DNA from: Octopus bimaculoides
Lineage: Eukaryota
Direction: 5' to 3'
DNA length: 64,000 bases
Assembly (NCBI RefSeq): GCF_001194135.2
Contig: NC_068995.1
Coordinates: 32,535,574 to 32,599,573, forward strand
This document shows, in pieces, positions 1 to 11,622 of the stretch; the stretch's first letter is position 1; every line of letters begins with the position of its first letter. The position numbers and the translations under genes were made by a program. The notes under the pieces are model-generated. The model was not told the DNA's origin and did no database searches. It saw nothing but the letters and a program-made list of their open reading frames with translations.

Positions 1-80
1 AGAAGAAGAAGAAGAAGAAGAAGAAGAAGAAGAAGAAGAAGAAGAAGAAGAAGAAGAAGAAGAAGAAGAAGAAGAAGAAG

Positions 81-166
<86 letters not shown>
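1..166. repeat. Compound microsatellite (AAG)n-(AAC)n-(TAG)n
   Basis: Directly visible. Confidence 0.99.
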
Positions 167-715
167 CAGAAAACCTAACTGTGATATATGCGTCAACCTA
201 ATTGAGGGGTCAGAGTTCTCTTTCAAAAAGGGTCAACGTTTTACAGTGAAAAACAACTTCACATGTGCTTCGGAGAACCTAACATATGTATTAACTTGCT
301 CCGGGTGTCGTGAGCAATACATAGGCTAAACAAAAAGCAGTCTACGTCAAAGGATAGCGCTACATAGATCCCAGATCAAAATTCGGGAATACAGAAAAAT
401 AGCATTCAGCGAACACATCGACATTTGCGCCACTAACAAACAACCCAGCTTCAGAATTTTCCCCTCTATAAATTCAGGGACGATGCAAACTGTAGTCAGC
501 GCATTAACAAAGAGTCATATTTTATCACAAAATATAAACCCCTTTTGAATGCGTCCACCACAAATGACACTATTACAAGGGCCTTAGAATAGTACCCACG
601 CAAATATTAAAAACGATATATTCAGAATTTATTCAGAACAATTCCAATCACTACTATTACAACCACAGCAGGTCACTTTTAGGTCACTTGACCACTTAAG
701 AGGGTTCCACCAACA
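167..715 (+). mobile_element. Penelope-like element fragment, Cys-rich linker plus GIY-YIG endonuclease (pseudogene)
   Basis: Frame from 171 reads KPNCDICVNL...FTCASENLTYVLTCSGCREQYIG*TKSSLRQRIALHRSQI, a PLE GIY-YIG signature with one stop. It runs into the N gap at 716-1020. Confidence 0.88.
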
Positions 716-1021
716 NNNNNNNNNNNNNNNNNNNNNNNNNNNNNNNNNNNNNNNNNNNNNNNNNNNNNNNNNNNNNNNNNNNNNNNNNNNNNNNNNNNNN
801 NNNNNNNNNNNNNNNNNNNNNNNNNNNNNNNNNNNNNNNNNNNNNNNNNNNNNNNNNNNNNNNNNNNNNNNNNNNNNNNNNNNNNNNNNNNNNNNNNNNN
901 NNNNNNNNNNNNNNNNNNNNNNNNNNNNNNNNNNNNNNNNNNNNNNNNNNNNNNNNNNNNNNNNNNNNNNNNNNNNNNNNNNNNNNNNNNNNNNNNNNNN
1001 NNNNNNNNNNNNNNNNNNNNN

Positions 1022-1057
<36 letters not shown>

Positions 1058-1439
1058 CAGTTTTGGGGATTAATAGAAATGCAGGTATTCTATTTCAGAT
1101 TGTGCAAAAAATACCCTAACGAGTATATCTGAAGATAAACTCGTGGTATCTATATGCACATCAAGAAATAATACTTTAAAGATAAAACCAGTACACCATC
1201 CGGGTATAAAATATACTTCCTTAATTATCTCCTACTTAAGTTAAAATTATCGATTACGAAGGAACTACACGTGTTTCAGGTTCTTTTTCAAAATATTGTT
1301 AACCTAATTTTACATCACCTTACAAATTTAGGAATTAAAAATTATAAATTATAAATATGAATTAGAATTAGTATTATATATAATAGTTAAACAGGACGTC
1401 AAACATTAAGGCAAGGCAAATATCTCAAGTCATATACAA

Positions 1440-1960
1440 TATTATAGGAAGAAATTCAAAATCTTACAGCTGTTTCTGGAATATCCCCGAGTATGGGATA
1501 TTCTGTCATCAGAGACAAACGGGGGAAGGAGAATATGGAAAATGAGAATTGTATATAGCAATAAGTTGACAACATAGAGGAAGGGAGTAAAAGAATAAGG
1601 AGATGAAAAGAGAGAAGGAAAAAGAAGCATAAAAGTTCATAGTTCAACTTTCCGAAGTTAAAGTCACCAGAGTATGATTTCTTAGGTGCAATCCTGTGTA
1701 TATCCATGTGGGTTAAAATCCTGATATAGTAGACATCCCAAGATATCAACGTTCAATAACGGAATGGTAGCGGAGGTGACTATTAATTGATAAAAGTAAA
1801 GAAAAGAAAAGAAATAGAAAGAGAGGTAGATAGAGTGAGGTATGGGGGATTTTAAGGATTGGCTATAGGATAAAGTAAGGTGTATAGTGTCTAAGAATTG
1901 TGTACGGGGAAGCGTACATAGAGACAGCGGTAGCTAATCAGTTACGCAAATATATGCGTT
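1440..1960 (-). mobile_element. Probable Penelope-like terminal (pLTR) fragment
   Basis: Carries the hammerhead motif. Boundaries are approximate. Confidence 0.5.
1461..1516 (-). ncRNA. Minimal type I hammerhead ribozyme motif (Penelope pLTR type)
   Basis: Minus strand reads GUCU-CUGAUGA-ca[GAAUAUCCC..GGGAUAUUC]ca-GAAAC-AGCU-GUA/AGAU. It has the canonical core, stem I GUCU/AGAU and a palindromic stem III ACAGCUGU. Confidence 0.8.
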
Positions 1961-2334
1961 CAGTCAATCACAGCAAGGCTCACGTATGCCCACAAACTGT
2001 ATAACATCATGCTCAACATTGAAGATCAGTTGCTATGTACAAGCTGCAGGAAGCGGGGAGGCGTTACAATGACCTGAAAAACCATTTCCGAGTGACATTG
2101 CAAGCAAAGTGCAAAAACAAGACACAAAATTTATATCAGATGACTTTGCATGACATATTTAAACAATAAGCTTCGCAAGATATCACATACCTCGAGCCAT
2201 TTATTACCTATTTAGATGTTCATCAATGTTGCCATAGAATTAATCGTTGATGAACTTGAAGTTGGTATTCTTGAAGATTTTGCGCGTACTTATCTGGAAT
2301 GAACACTTAAACGGGTGCGTACTTAACCAGGAGG

Positions 2335-2531
2335 TTACTGTATATATGTATATGTGCGTGTGTATGTGTCTTTGTGTTTCTGTTTGCTCCGCCACCACCA
2401 CCACCAAAGTTTGACAACCGGTATTGGTGTGTTTGTGTCCCCGTAACATAGCGACTCAGCAAAAGAGGCTTTACGAAAAATAAATACTGGATTCGATTCA
2501 TTCGAGTAAAAATTCAAGGCGGTGCCCCAGA
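2335..2531 (+). mobile_element. SINE family 1, 3' half
   Basis: Matches the 3' half of the copies at 26369 and 41254. Confidence 0.8.
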
Positions 2532-3599
2532 ATGTGTACCTTTAACGTAGATCTTAGGGAGATTCAGCGTGGCACAAAATATAACAAAGCCGGCCGTTTG
2601 AATTACAGATACTACTCAGTTTTGAATCTTTTTCAAATCCTCTCTCCCACTCAGTACCGATTTTGGTCGATGTTTTTTTGGCACCACGCACTTAAAAACG
2701 ATTGGAGAAGCCTTGAAGATAAAAAAAAAATGAAACTCGGCAATCACTATTACTTTATTTCAAGCAGGAAAGGAAACGTTATTCAAAAGTAAAAAATAAT
2801 AGTGATATTTTAAAAACTTTCTTCAATAACCTCCACCCACAAATCCTAAAATTTCGATGATTTTTTCGAAATGTTTTTAATCATAGTTTTAAATATGGAA
2901 AGTCCGAATCTGCCATTGGTTTCTGTTTATAATTTCAAAATAATTTTCAGATGAAAAGGTGTGTGATTTAAGAGAGGTTTAGCTGTTATCTCTAACACAT
3001 ACTACGATCACCTGGTACTTTCCTCGTTTCTTTGTCACTTTAACATGTTCTTTTATTCTTTTACTTGTTTCACTCATTTTGACTGCGGCCATGCTGGAGC
3101 ACCGCATTGATGTTTTTCAACATTTTTCTCTCCATAAACACATTTTATGGAATGATGGTGCAGTGGTCCATTGCTGAGATTTAAGCAACAAAAAACATTG
3201 TTACTTAAATCTTTAAACTCCACCCGTACCAAGCGATTCCATTTGTGTGTGTGTGTGTGTGTGTGAAAACATATTTACTATCAGAAAAGTATGCTATTAA
3301 AATTAATTATCTTTTACAAACCTTTCACACTTTGTCACACTTATGAAATTCCTTACATACATTCACACGCACAGTCAGCGTGAATAATATACTTTTATAC
3401 CATGTGAGAAAGTTTATCATTAGAAAAAAAAGAAGAGATAGACAAATACAGCGACAGATATCTTTCCTGTTGCTTTCATAGATTTTGACGTTTTAAAATT
3501 AAGAGAAAATTTTCAAATTTGGTATAATGAAGTACTTTTTCACGCTGGATCAGAGTTTGCGATTCATTTATTCAACAAAAAATATTTAGAAAAATGTTA

Positions 3600-3960
3600 C
3601 AGACGTCTGTCTACCCTATGTTAAAGGCCTCTCCGAAAAGATACAAAAGATATGCGGCCCATATGACATCAGGACAGTATTCAAGAGTAATACAACAGTT
3701 CACAAATATCTCCTTCGAGTAAAACTACCAATAGAAGAGAATATGACCAAAGACTGCATATACTCCGTCCCATGCAGGTTATAACATCGAAAAATACTTT
3801 AGGAATGAGAACCCAGGTTCGAAATTTCTCCAAGACACCTGATGATGACTGGAGGGTACATCAGCCGAAACGTTGTGTTAACAAGAAGATGAAGACAATA
3901 TCCGTCAAATATAAATAATGTACATAATTCCCCATCTCTTAGATACAAAACTGTAAGTAA
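3600..3960 (+). mobile_element. Penelope-like element (Poseidon-type) fragment: RT-thumb/linker ORF plus pLTR
   Basis: 3605-3784 reads VCLPYVKGLSEKIQKICGPYDIRTVFKSNTT..LLRVK..DCIYSVPC, followed by a hammerhead motif. Confidence 0.9.
3834..3879 (+). ncRNA. Minimal hammerhead ribozyme motif
   Basis: GACAC-CUGAUGA-U-GACUGG(loop 8)UCAGCC-GAAAC-GUU/GUGUU. Stem I is GACAC/GUGUU; stem II has one mismatch. Confidence 0.72.
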
Positions 3961-4149
3961 TATATGTATATAAGACGGAAGATGTGTGTGTGTGTGTGTG
4001 TGTGTGACCGACCATAACTCTTTGTAATGCTCATTCACTATAGACCGACCATATTTGCATATTAGCACTTACTTCACGTTGCCATGCAATTTGAATTAAT
4101 CCATATTAAATTAATCCATACTATACATGTTTTTACTCATACTAAGTTG

Positions 4150-4545
4150 TGACAGTTATACAGTTTTTACAATGTCCATTCACTGCAAACCGCCAAACCA
4201 GATTGGCTTCGTGGCAGGGCTGTTATTGCACCTACAAACGCAGCCGTCAACACTCTTAACTACGATTTGCTCAGTCAGCTACCTTCTCAAGAACGTTGTA
4301 ACATATCAGTTGACACCGTTGCCGACCTCGATCAGGTTATACACTTTCCAACTGAATTTCTCTACTCCTAAGATCCTCCAGGACTCCCACCCTATGAACT
4401 TCACTTAAAAATCGGTTGCCGTCATCCTCCTACGCAATCTAAAAGCACCCACGCTATGCAATGGAATTCGCCTTGTGATCAAACAAATGATGGACCACGT
4501 CATTGAAGCCCAAATTATCATGGGACACGGCAAAAACGACAGTTT
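4150..4545 (+). mobile_element. Helitron PIF1-family helicase fragment (pseudogene)
   Basis: Frameshifted reading WLRGRAVIAPTNAAVNTLN..FPTEFL..PPGLPPYELHLKIGC..ILLRNLKAPTLCNGIRLVIKQM. Confidence 0.9.
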
Positions 4546-5067
4546 AACACAAAACTTTATTGCATAGCAAGCTTCTAAACATCCCAACTGCATTCCGCAA
4601 AGTATCCAGCTGTGACAAGTAATGTTTATTAGGGTGTGTTCAAAGTGCTGTTACAGCAGTCTCCTTCAATATGGAATAACAAAGTTGGCAGGTCAGCTTA
4701 TTAGATTTATAGTAATGATATATATTAAAATGGCAATAATCTAGAACAGTTATAACTGCCTCCTTTAGAAAAGTCTCAAAACTTCTGAAAAAACCTCATA
4801 TCAGGATAATTTGGGCTTCAATGACGTATTTGGAAAGAAAATATAGCATTTCAAATATAATATCAGTGAACTATATTAAGTCCAGAGTGGAGGTGGAGCT
4901 TAAGCTGTAAAACTTATTAAATAGTTGCACAAAATAAATCACAGGCATGCTTTAGTGAAATTAACATCATATAATTGATCTGCTTAACTACAATACTATG
5001 AACAGTTGAAGTCCTAATCTCTCACAAGAGTCTGTAAACTTAATCATCACAGATAAGATCCAATATA

Positions 5068-6130
5068 TACACAGGATGTCACAAAACAGAATGCATATAC
5101 ACACTGAATGATTATACATGCAAGAATTTATTAAAATACTCTTCATTTTCAAAATCGAATAGAATCTATAGACAGAATTTAATTTTTTTTTATTAGTGCT
5201 TGTTTTTAAACTAATGACTGTTCTAGTCTGGACACAACTCATAAAGCAAAGCAGTGGAACTACAAGCATCCAAGAAACGTTTTTCTTTTGGCTCAGTATT
5301 TGTTCACACTCTTATTCAATGGCTGCCCTCAACTCATCAACTGTTGCTGATTTTGTACCATAAACTTTACCTTTTAAATATATCCTTAAAAAGAGTCTAG
5401 CAGCGTGAGGTCTGGCCTGGTCTGGTCTGGTCTGGTATGGCGTGCACAGAGGGTATTCTACTGAACTTCTTCGTCTAATCCACCTGTTTGGCAAAATCTT
5501 ATCAATGTAGGCCCTTACATTAATATGGAAGTGTGGGTGTACCCATCTTGCTGGGAATAAAATTCCACATCTTGAAAGTCCTCTTGAATGCTAAACATGA
5601 CAGATTGAATTCTAGTAAATGGAACCAATCACAGTACCAACAAAAAAGAATGGTCCAATAAAGCCTTTTGATAATAAGCCACACCATACTGTAACTCCTG
5701 ATAAATTAACATGATGTTCCTCAATAATATGTGAATTCTTAGGGTCCCCATAGGTGCAGTGGGTGTAGTTATGGTAGTCATTTAATTTAAATACAATCTC
5801 ATCACCCCAAACAATCTTTGTGGGAAAGTGTGGATCTTCTGCACATCTTGTCAAGTACCACTCTAGTGGCAACCAGGTTTTAATTGATGTCAGACCCAGG
5901 TTTTGTTACTTCACAAACTGCTAAAATATCAACCATTCTGTGATAGATTTCTGTCCACTCTTCTAATGGTGGAAACATTGTGAGCCTTCAAATCACTTAC
6001 CTTCTTAATCTGATCAGAATACAGACAGCCATCCGTAAAAAAAAGGACCCCAAGAGCTGGAATGGCTCTTTCAACACATTACTATCACCATAATCCAGGT
6101 TAATGCATTTGCCATTTTGTCAACTGTGAC
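5068..6130 (-). mobile_element. Decayed IS630-Tc1-mariner transposon (Tc3/maT-like)
   Basis: [30 protein letters not shown] and NRWIRRR..YLKGKVY. TIR-like acaggatgtcacaaaa at about 5071. A (GGTCT)n expansion disrupts the SPDL region. Confidence 0.85.
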
Positions 6131-6673
6131 TATAAAAATTTACCTAAGTTACTGTAATAAAAATTGAGGTTAATTTTACAAAAAGAAATACATCTAACCT
6201 TAACACCAATCATTGCTTGTCCAACTCATTATGTAATCATCATATTCACACAATGGATAAAAAAATAGAAACAATCAAAATGATGGTCATAAAGTACAAA
6301 TAAATAAATCCTTCAGCAAAAATGTTTTCAAATATTGAAAAAATGAAAAACAAAGAAAGAATCTATAAAGGTCAACAAGTGAAAACTTTATTCAGGCTCA
6401 GAAGGAAAATGAGAGGATGGGGGGAAATAGAAAATTTAGGTTCAATTTCACTGCAGCCAAACCACATGTCAACATCTTGTTTAATGCTTTTTTTTTGCAA
6501 TCAGATAAAGAATGAATGTTTGTGTAAGGACAACTAGCAGAGACATCTTGCATGTATCGATGCTTGTTTTGTTTGTGAACAATAAAGACACACCATGTCC
6601 TTCAAACATTCTCTTGAGTTTGTTTCATGTTAAAATGGACTATTATTGAACAATACCTCTGTTTTATTTTCAG

Positions 6674-6790
6674 AACATTATAATCAAAGCCCAGTTATCA
6701 TCTATTCAGCAGAAGGACTAGATAGTTTAGATCATATCAAACTCTCATATACAATGAAGAACAGTAGCAGCAATAAGGGGGAAGCTCTTG
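6674..6790 (+). CDS. Candidate internal exon of an unidentified plus-strand gene: (E)HYNQSPVIIYSAEGLDSLDHIKLSYTMKNSSSNKGEAL(G)
   Basis: Acceptor ctctgttttattttcag, donor TTG|gtaaat, 117 nt, open only in phase 1-1. No homolog recognised. Confidence 0.4.
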
Positions 6791-6980
6791 GTAAATAGAG
6801 ATTGTGAGACAGTTTCAATTTATGATTAAAAGCATTTCATTTACGCCTCTAAGATTCTTCTGAAAGGCATGACTAAGTCACATCACTCTGTTTTCTCCTG
6901 CACTAAAAATATTTGGTCCTCTTGCATAGAGAAAACAAGACAATATTAGTTGTTGTCAGAGAACTGTGATAAAACTGTGA

Positions 6981-7377
6981 TTCTTTTACTTGTCACTAGA
7001 ATGTGGCCATGCTCGTGCACGCTGCTTTAAAGGCTTTTTAGTTGAAGAAATCAAGCCCAGGACTTATTCTTTGTAAGCCTTAATACTTATTCAATTGGTC
7101 TCTTTTGTCGAACTGCTAGGCCTTGGGGACATAAACACACCAACATCGGTTGTCAAGCAATGGTGGGAGGACAAAGACGCACACACATAAATATATACAT
7201 ACAATATATATATATATATGACTTCTTTCAGTTTCCATCTACCAAATCCACTCACAAGGCTTTGGTCAGCCCCAGGATATAGTAGAAAACACTTGCCCAA
7301 GGTGCCATGCAGTGGGACTGAACCCAGAACCATGTGGTTAGGAAGCAAGCTTCTTACCACACAGTCAAGCCTGCACT
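6981..7377 (-). mobile_element. SINE family 1 (tRNA-derived, CORE-like), near full length
   Basis: Head with A box (tgactgtgtgg) and B box (ggttcagtccc), central ggcaccttgggcaagtg block, and tail ..gtaaaagaa. Confidence 0.92.
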
Positions 7378-8844
7378 TGATACAATCTTTCTTTTTTTTT
7401 TCTTTGATAAAAAATTATTTAACTGAAATTTGAATTTGTGACACACTTATTTAAAATTTCAAATACAGGTGAAAAATTGTTTTGTATCAAAAATCCCTCA
7501 CCCACCTTGCATTCAACTTAATATCATTATGTAAACAACTATTCTTTCTTACAAATTTAAAATTTTATGTAAAAATGTGTATCAGATTTCTTATCCCAGG
7601 GAAGTGACAGCCAATATGGAAATTTCAAGCAATATCTTCCAGAAATGTTTGGTTTATAATGAATTTTTTTAATTAACAGATATTTTCTATGAAGCAATCA
7701 GTTATTTCTGTTTAAACATCTTTGCATTTACCTCCTGACAGGTTATGGTCTTATACTAATAGAAGAAAATTTTAATATTTTTATTAAATCATGAAGTGCC
7801 TGATGAAAATGTCCTGTGGTATTTAGTTGTTACATTCTGAATTCAAATTGTTTTGCCTTTCATCTCTAACATTTACTGTTCTTTATAGTGGCACTCTTGA
7901 TAAAAGCCAAATTTTACTTCAAGCCTACAGGTTCATCAGGTCAAAGCTTATCCTGGTTTCTGAGGCATTTAAGTGATTTAGATCACAAGATGCTCTACAA
8001 GTCTAAACCTTAACTGTTGTTACTGGTACTCATTTTCAGTTCACTGGAACAATGTGCTGCTCGGTCTGGGAATTGAACTGACTGATGCCTTTAATGTTCA
8101 TTTGCACTCTTGCTTTGGCTATATCCGGGAAGAGGCCCACTTAATAACTGATCCTAATCTCTTGTAATGGATATTTTCTATCAAACACTCTCCACTACAT
8201 TACAGTGTATGTTAACTTAGCTCTCTCACACATTCTATCAACTCTGGTATGTTGCAGCTCTTAGTTATGTCTCCCATACACTTCCTTGCAGATGTTATCC
8301 CTTCTAAATCTACTCACTCACTCATCATAACCATGTTACTCACACCATTTCTCAGAACATAGACCTCAAAGAGTATCTTTCAGCAATCCCTATATATCTT
8401 CCTCTGCTCATGAACATACAAAGATTTTCATAATCTTTACAAATAACAAAGTTTTACAACTCCTAATGATATTTTACAGTGATCATATTTCTATCAACAT
8501 AACCAAAACTATTACCCAGAAGCTATATTTTCTCTTCAGAGCCAGAATCCGCTTCAGCTATGTTCAGTTACCTATCATCAATGCACAAGTGCCACACTCA
8601 GTGAAGTACTAAGTCATACATCAGAGATAGTGCAAGTGATATACATTCAATCTCATCCATTTGATTTATAAACCTTTATCCAATGTGTATGTACATGTTT
8701 GTCTCTCTCTCTCTCTCTTCTACCATATTTTTTCCTCATCTAAACCAGCAAGCTTCCATCCAAGAGCATGTGATACACCTGCATGTCTGCTGATATTCCT
8801 ACTGTCACACATATTAAACACTTCTAATCTTTCTTTCCTTACAG

Positions 8845-8879
8845 GCATCAAATCTACAGAAGTTCAAGTTGATCTTTAA
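8845..8879 (+). CDS. Candidate terminal coding exon of the same gene: (G)IKSTEVQVDL*
   Basis: Textbook acceptor ttctaat-ctttctttcctt-acag. Phase 1 matches the 6790 donor. Confidence 0.35.
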
Positions 8880-9085
8880 CCCTTCAGCATTCAAATTACT
8901 GTCAAATGTAATGCTTATTTATTCACATTGCTTTGAATGAATCATGCATTATCTTGTAGCTTCAAGACTTTGACGATGTGACTTTATTTCTAGAATGACA
9001 TGAGAGGCCAGATTTAGCCTCTTTGAATATAAAACAGGTAGAATATTTTTGCCTGATATGGCCAGTTTAAATGCTAACGGATTAA
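8876..9085. mobile_element. piggyBac-like MITE family A with TTAA target duplication
   Basis: ttaa-cccttcagcatt...aatgctaacgga-ttaa. Other copies at 31499-31737 and 58363-58586; partial copies near 43445 and 48678. Confidence 0.8.
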
Positions 9086-10506
9086 TCTGCAAAAGCCTGT
9101 CATTGCTTCAAACACCCGCACTCCTCCTTACTCTAGCAACATAAAGTTAACTTCTTCTACACTTCTTTCAATGTCCACAGAAAGAGAAATCCTTTGTTAC
9201 CAACATATTTAAAAGTTACCTGAATTTTATCCACCTCAGAAATGATTCACACAAACAAATAACAATCAAAAGCTGTTACAATCATCTTTAATAATTGACT
9301 AGACATTTTTTACAATGAAATAATTTGTGGTGTTGTCTTATGAATACAAGAGAATAATTTAATTTTTGTAGTGAAATGATTCCATGGGAACATATATTTT
9401 AAAAAAAGACATAGCTCACTGCCAACCCAACCATATTTGTTAGGTTCACACAGGTTTAACAGCCAGATTCCTACTATCATCGTTTCACATAAAAGGATGA
9501 GTAGAGAGGCAGTGTTGGCCTAAGAAGTATTAGTGGTGCAGGTGCAAAGAAATCAACTGAGTTAGAAAGAGTAAACATTAAAAGAAGGGAACTAATTAAA
9601 AACTGTTTTAGATATGAAAGCTATGTCTGATTCAGGTTAATTTGATAAACAGAATTATTACACTGGTGTAATAAGAACGAGTATCATTTTACAGGTATGT
9701 AAAAATGTGAGTGCATACACACACTTTTGTTTGTACAAACACTGCATTGAACACTAATTATGATCTACTACTTAATCAATGGAGAAGACTAATATGATAA
9801 ACTCTGGTGTTTATCAGTGACAATGCTGCATTCTTTTAGCAGAATATGAGGTATCACAGGTTTATATAATCAGTGTAAAATGAAAAAAATATGATTTACA
9901 AAATTGTAGAAAGTCATATTCTTACTAAGGCTATTAGTTAATTAGGTTAAATTGACTATTAACAATATGGTCAACCAAAAATGCTCACCTTCAAACAGTA
10001 ATTAAGGGCTTTGTCATGATTGGCAAGAACAAAACTATCTAGACAATTCATAGACACGTTTTCCAGCTTCCAAATATAAGAAAATCTGTCATCACCTTCC
10101 ATTAGCAATCAAAGATTTCATTTTCTTTGCCAACAGCAAGACCACCCAAACAATAGATATCCAAGACTTCGATTTTTAATAGCAGTTGTAGATATATCCA
10201 TCATGATCAGCAGAAATAAACCCATCAAACTACAAACAACATTATCTTTAGCTTCTACTAGAAGAAACGATCCTTTCCAGTATTTCCAAACTTTTCAGTA
10301 TATACAATTGCAATTAGTTTTAATTTATAATAATAATAATCATTTTGACCACTTTTGCTGACAAACTGCTCTGTTCAAATACAGACATTACAGCAGCATT
10401 TTATTAACGCTGCATCATTCGATATGTTAATTAGTTGGGTTTCTGTTTGTTTATCTTTCTTTTATCATCTGAGGATTGTAAAGTATCAATAAATAAACTA
10501 ATCAGA

Positions 10507-10800
10507 TCACATCTTCAGCCAGTGTTTGCAAACACCAAGAGCTGCCTCAAAAGTTTGAAACATCGGATGGGTCCCATGAGACTTGAGCAAAACCAAACCT
10601 GCTTCTGCTTTAAAACCTTTGTCAATAAGTTCTTGGCATATAAGATCAATATCAAGATGGCTTGGAAGTAAGGAGTCTTGGTAAAGCACTTGCTCATTCA
10701 AGAGAAAGTTCACTAAAGGCTGATAATAACAACTATTAACAGTGCTGGACATCAGATGATTCAGCAATATCAGATTATACAATTCATCGTCATCTTCCAT
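10507..10800 (-). CDS. NBAS: NBAS last coding exon (294 nt): MEDDDELYNLILL...AEAGLVLLKSHGTHPMFQTFEAALGVCKHWLKM*
   Basis: ttccacag acceptor, TGA at 10507-10509. Matches the NBAS C-terminus EAGSLLL..GTHQAFRTFSTAL..HW. Confidence 0.96.
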   Translation of the reverse strand: MEDDDELYNLILLNHLMSSTVNSCYYQPLVNFLLNEQVLYQDSLLPSHLDIDLICQELIDKGFKAEAGLVLLKSHGTHPMFQTFEAALGVCKHWLKM

Positions 10801-11374
10801 CTGTGGAATAAATAAAAGCCAACATTTAGTCAATAAATAAAATGATTTCATTTATGTCAAAAGAGATAACTTTGCTTAATTAATAAAACGGTTTCAAATT
10901 TTGGCACAAGGCTGGTAATTTCTGGGATGAGGTGGGGGCTAAGTCGATTACATTCAACTCCAGTGCTCAACTGGTACTTATTTTATCAACTCAGAATGCA
11001 AAGACATATGAAATGCTACTAAGCATCTTGCCCAGCATGCTAGCGGTTCTGCCAGCTCACTGCTTTGCTTAATTAATAAATTACCACTAATGTATTATTG
11101 TATTAGCCTTTTTCTTGTTGAATGTGAACTTCTAATGATTATAAATAAAAAGTTATTTGTGTTCTTGTATTCTGAGCTGGAATTGAATTATAACTAAATA
11201 TGTGACAACAAACCTATTTATTACTGTTACCAAATTATTTGGAAGACCTCAGAATGTTGAAGGACCCTCAGAGTGCTAAATCTATCAGACAAGAAACAAA
11301 GGACAGAAATACCTGGTGCCTTGCACTACTCAATATGAACCACCCTTTACAGCAGAAGTATTAATGCCAGTCCA

Positions 11375-11622
11375 CCCTGGTGAAAAGGATTGGCCTGCAT
11401 GAGTCCTGTGCCAGTGCCATGTAAGAAGCACTCATGTTGGTGCCATGTTAAAGCACCAGGCACACACTGTAAAGCAGTTGGTGTTAGGAAGGGATCCAGC
11501 CATAGAAACCAAGCCAAAGCAGGCTGGAGTCTGGTGCAGCTTCCCAGCTCTGGTCAAACCATCCAACCCATGCCAGCATGGAAAACGGACATTAAAGGAT
11601 GATGATAATGATGATGAAATAA
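11375..11622 (+). mobile_element. RTE-LINE 3'UTR module with (GAT)n tail
   Basis: Matches 63040-63212 (ttaggaagggcatccagc...ccaacccatgccagcatggaaa..gatgatgat). Confidence 0.85.

Noticed and set aside
1261-1285. Fifth hammerhead (minus strand GAAAC-ACGU-GUA-GUUCC)
   Set aside because: Only the 3' half is present; there is no CUGANGA core upstream.
10090-10260. NHL-repeat pseudogene (GLAVGKENEI.., ISADHDGYIY)
   Set aside because: The resemblance needs several frameshifts and is too weak.
1-10400. DDX1 as neighbour, as in vertebrates
   Set aside because: No DEAD-box or SPRY motifs were found in any frame I read.
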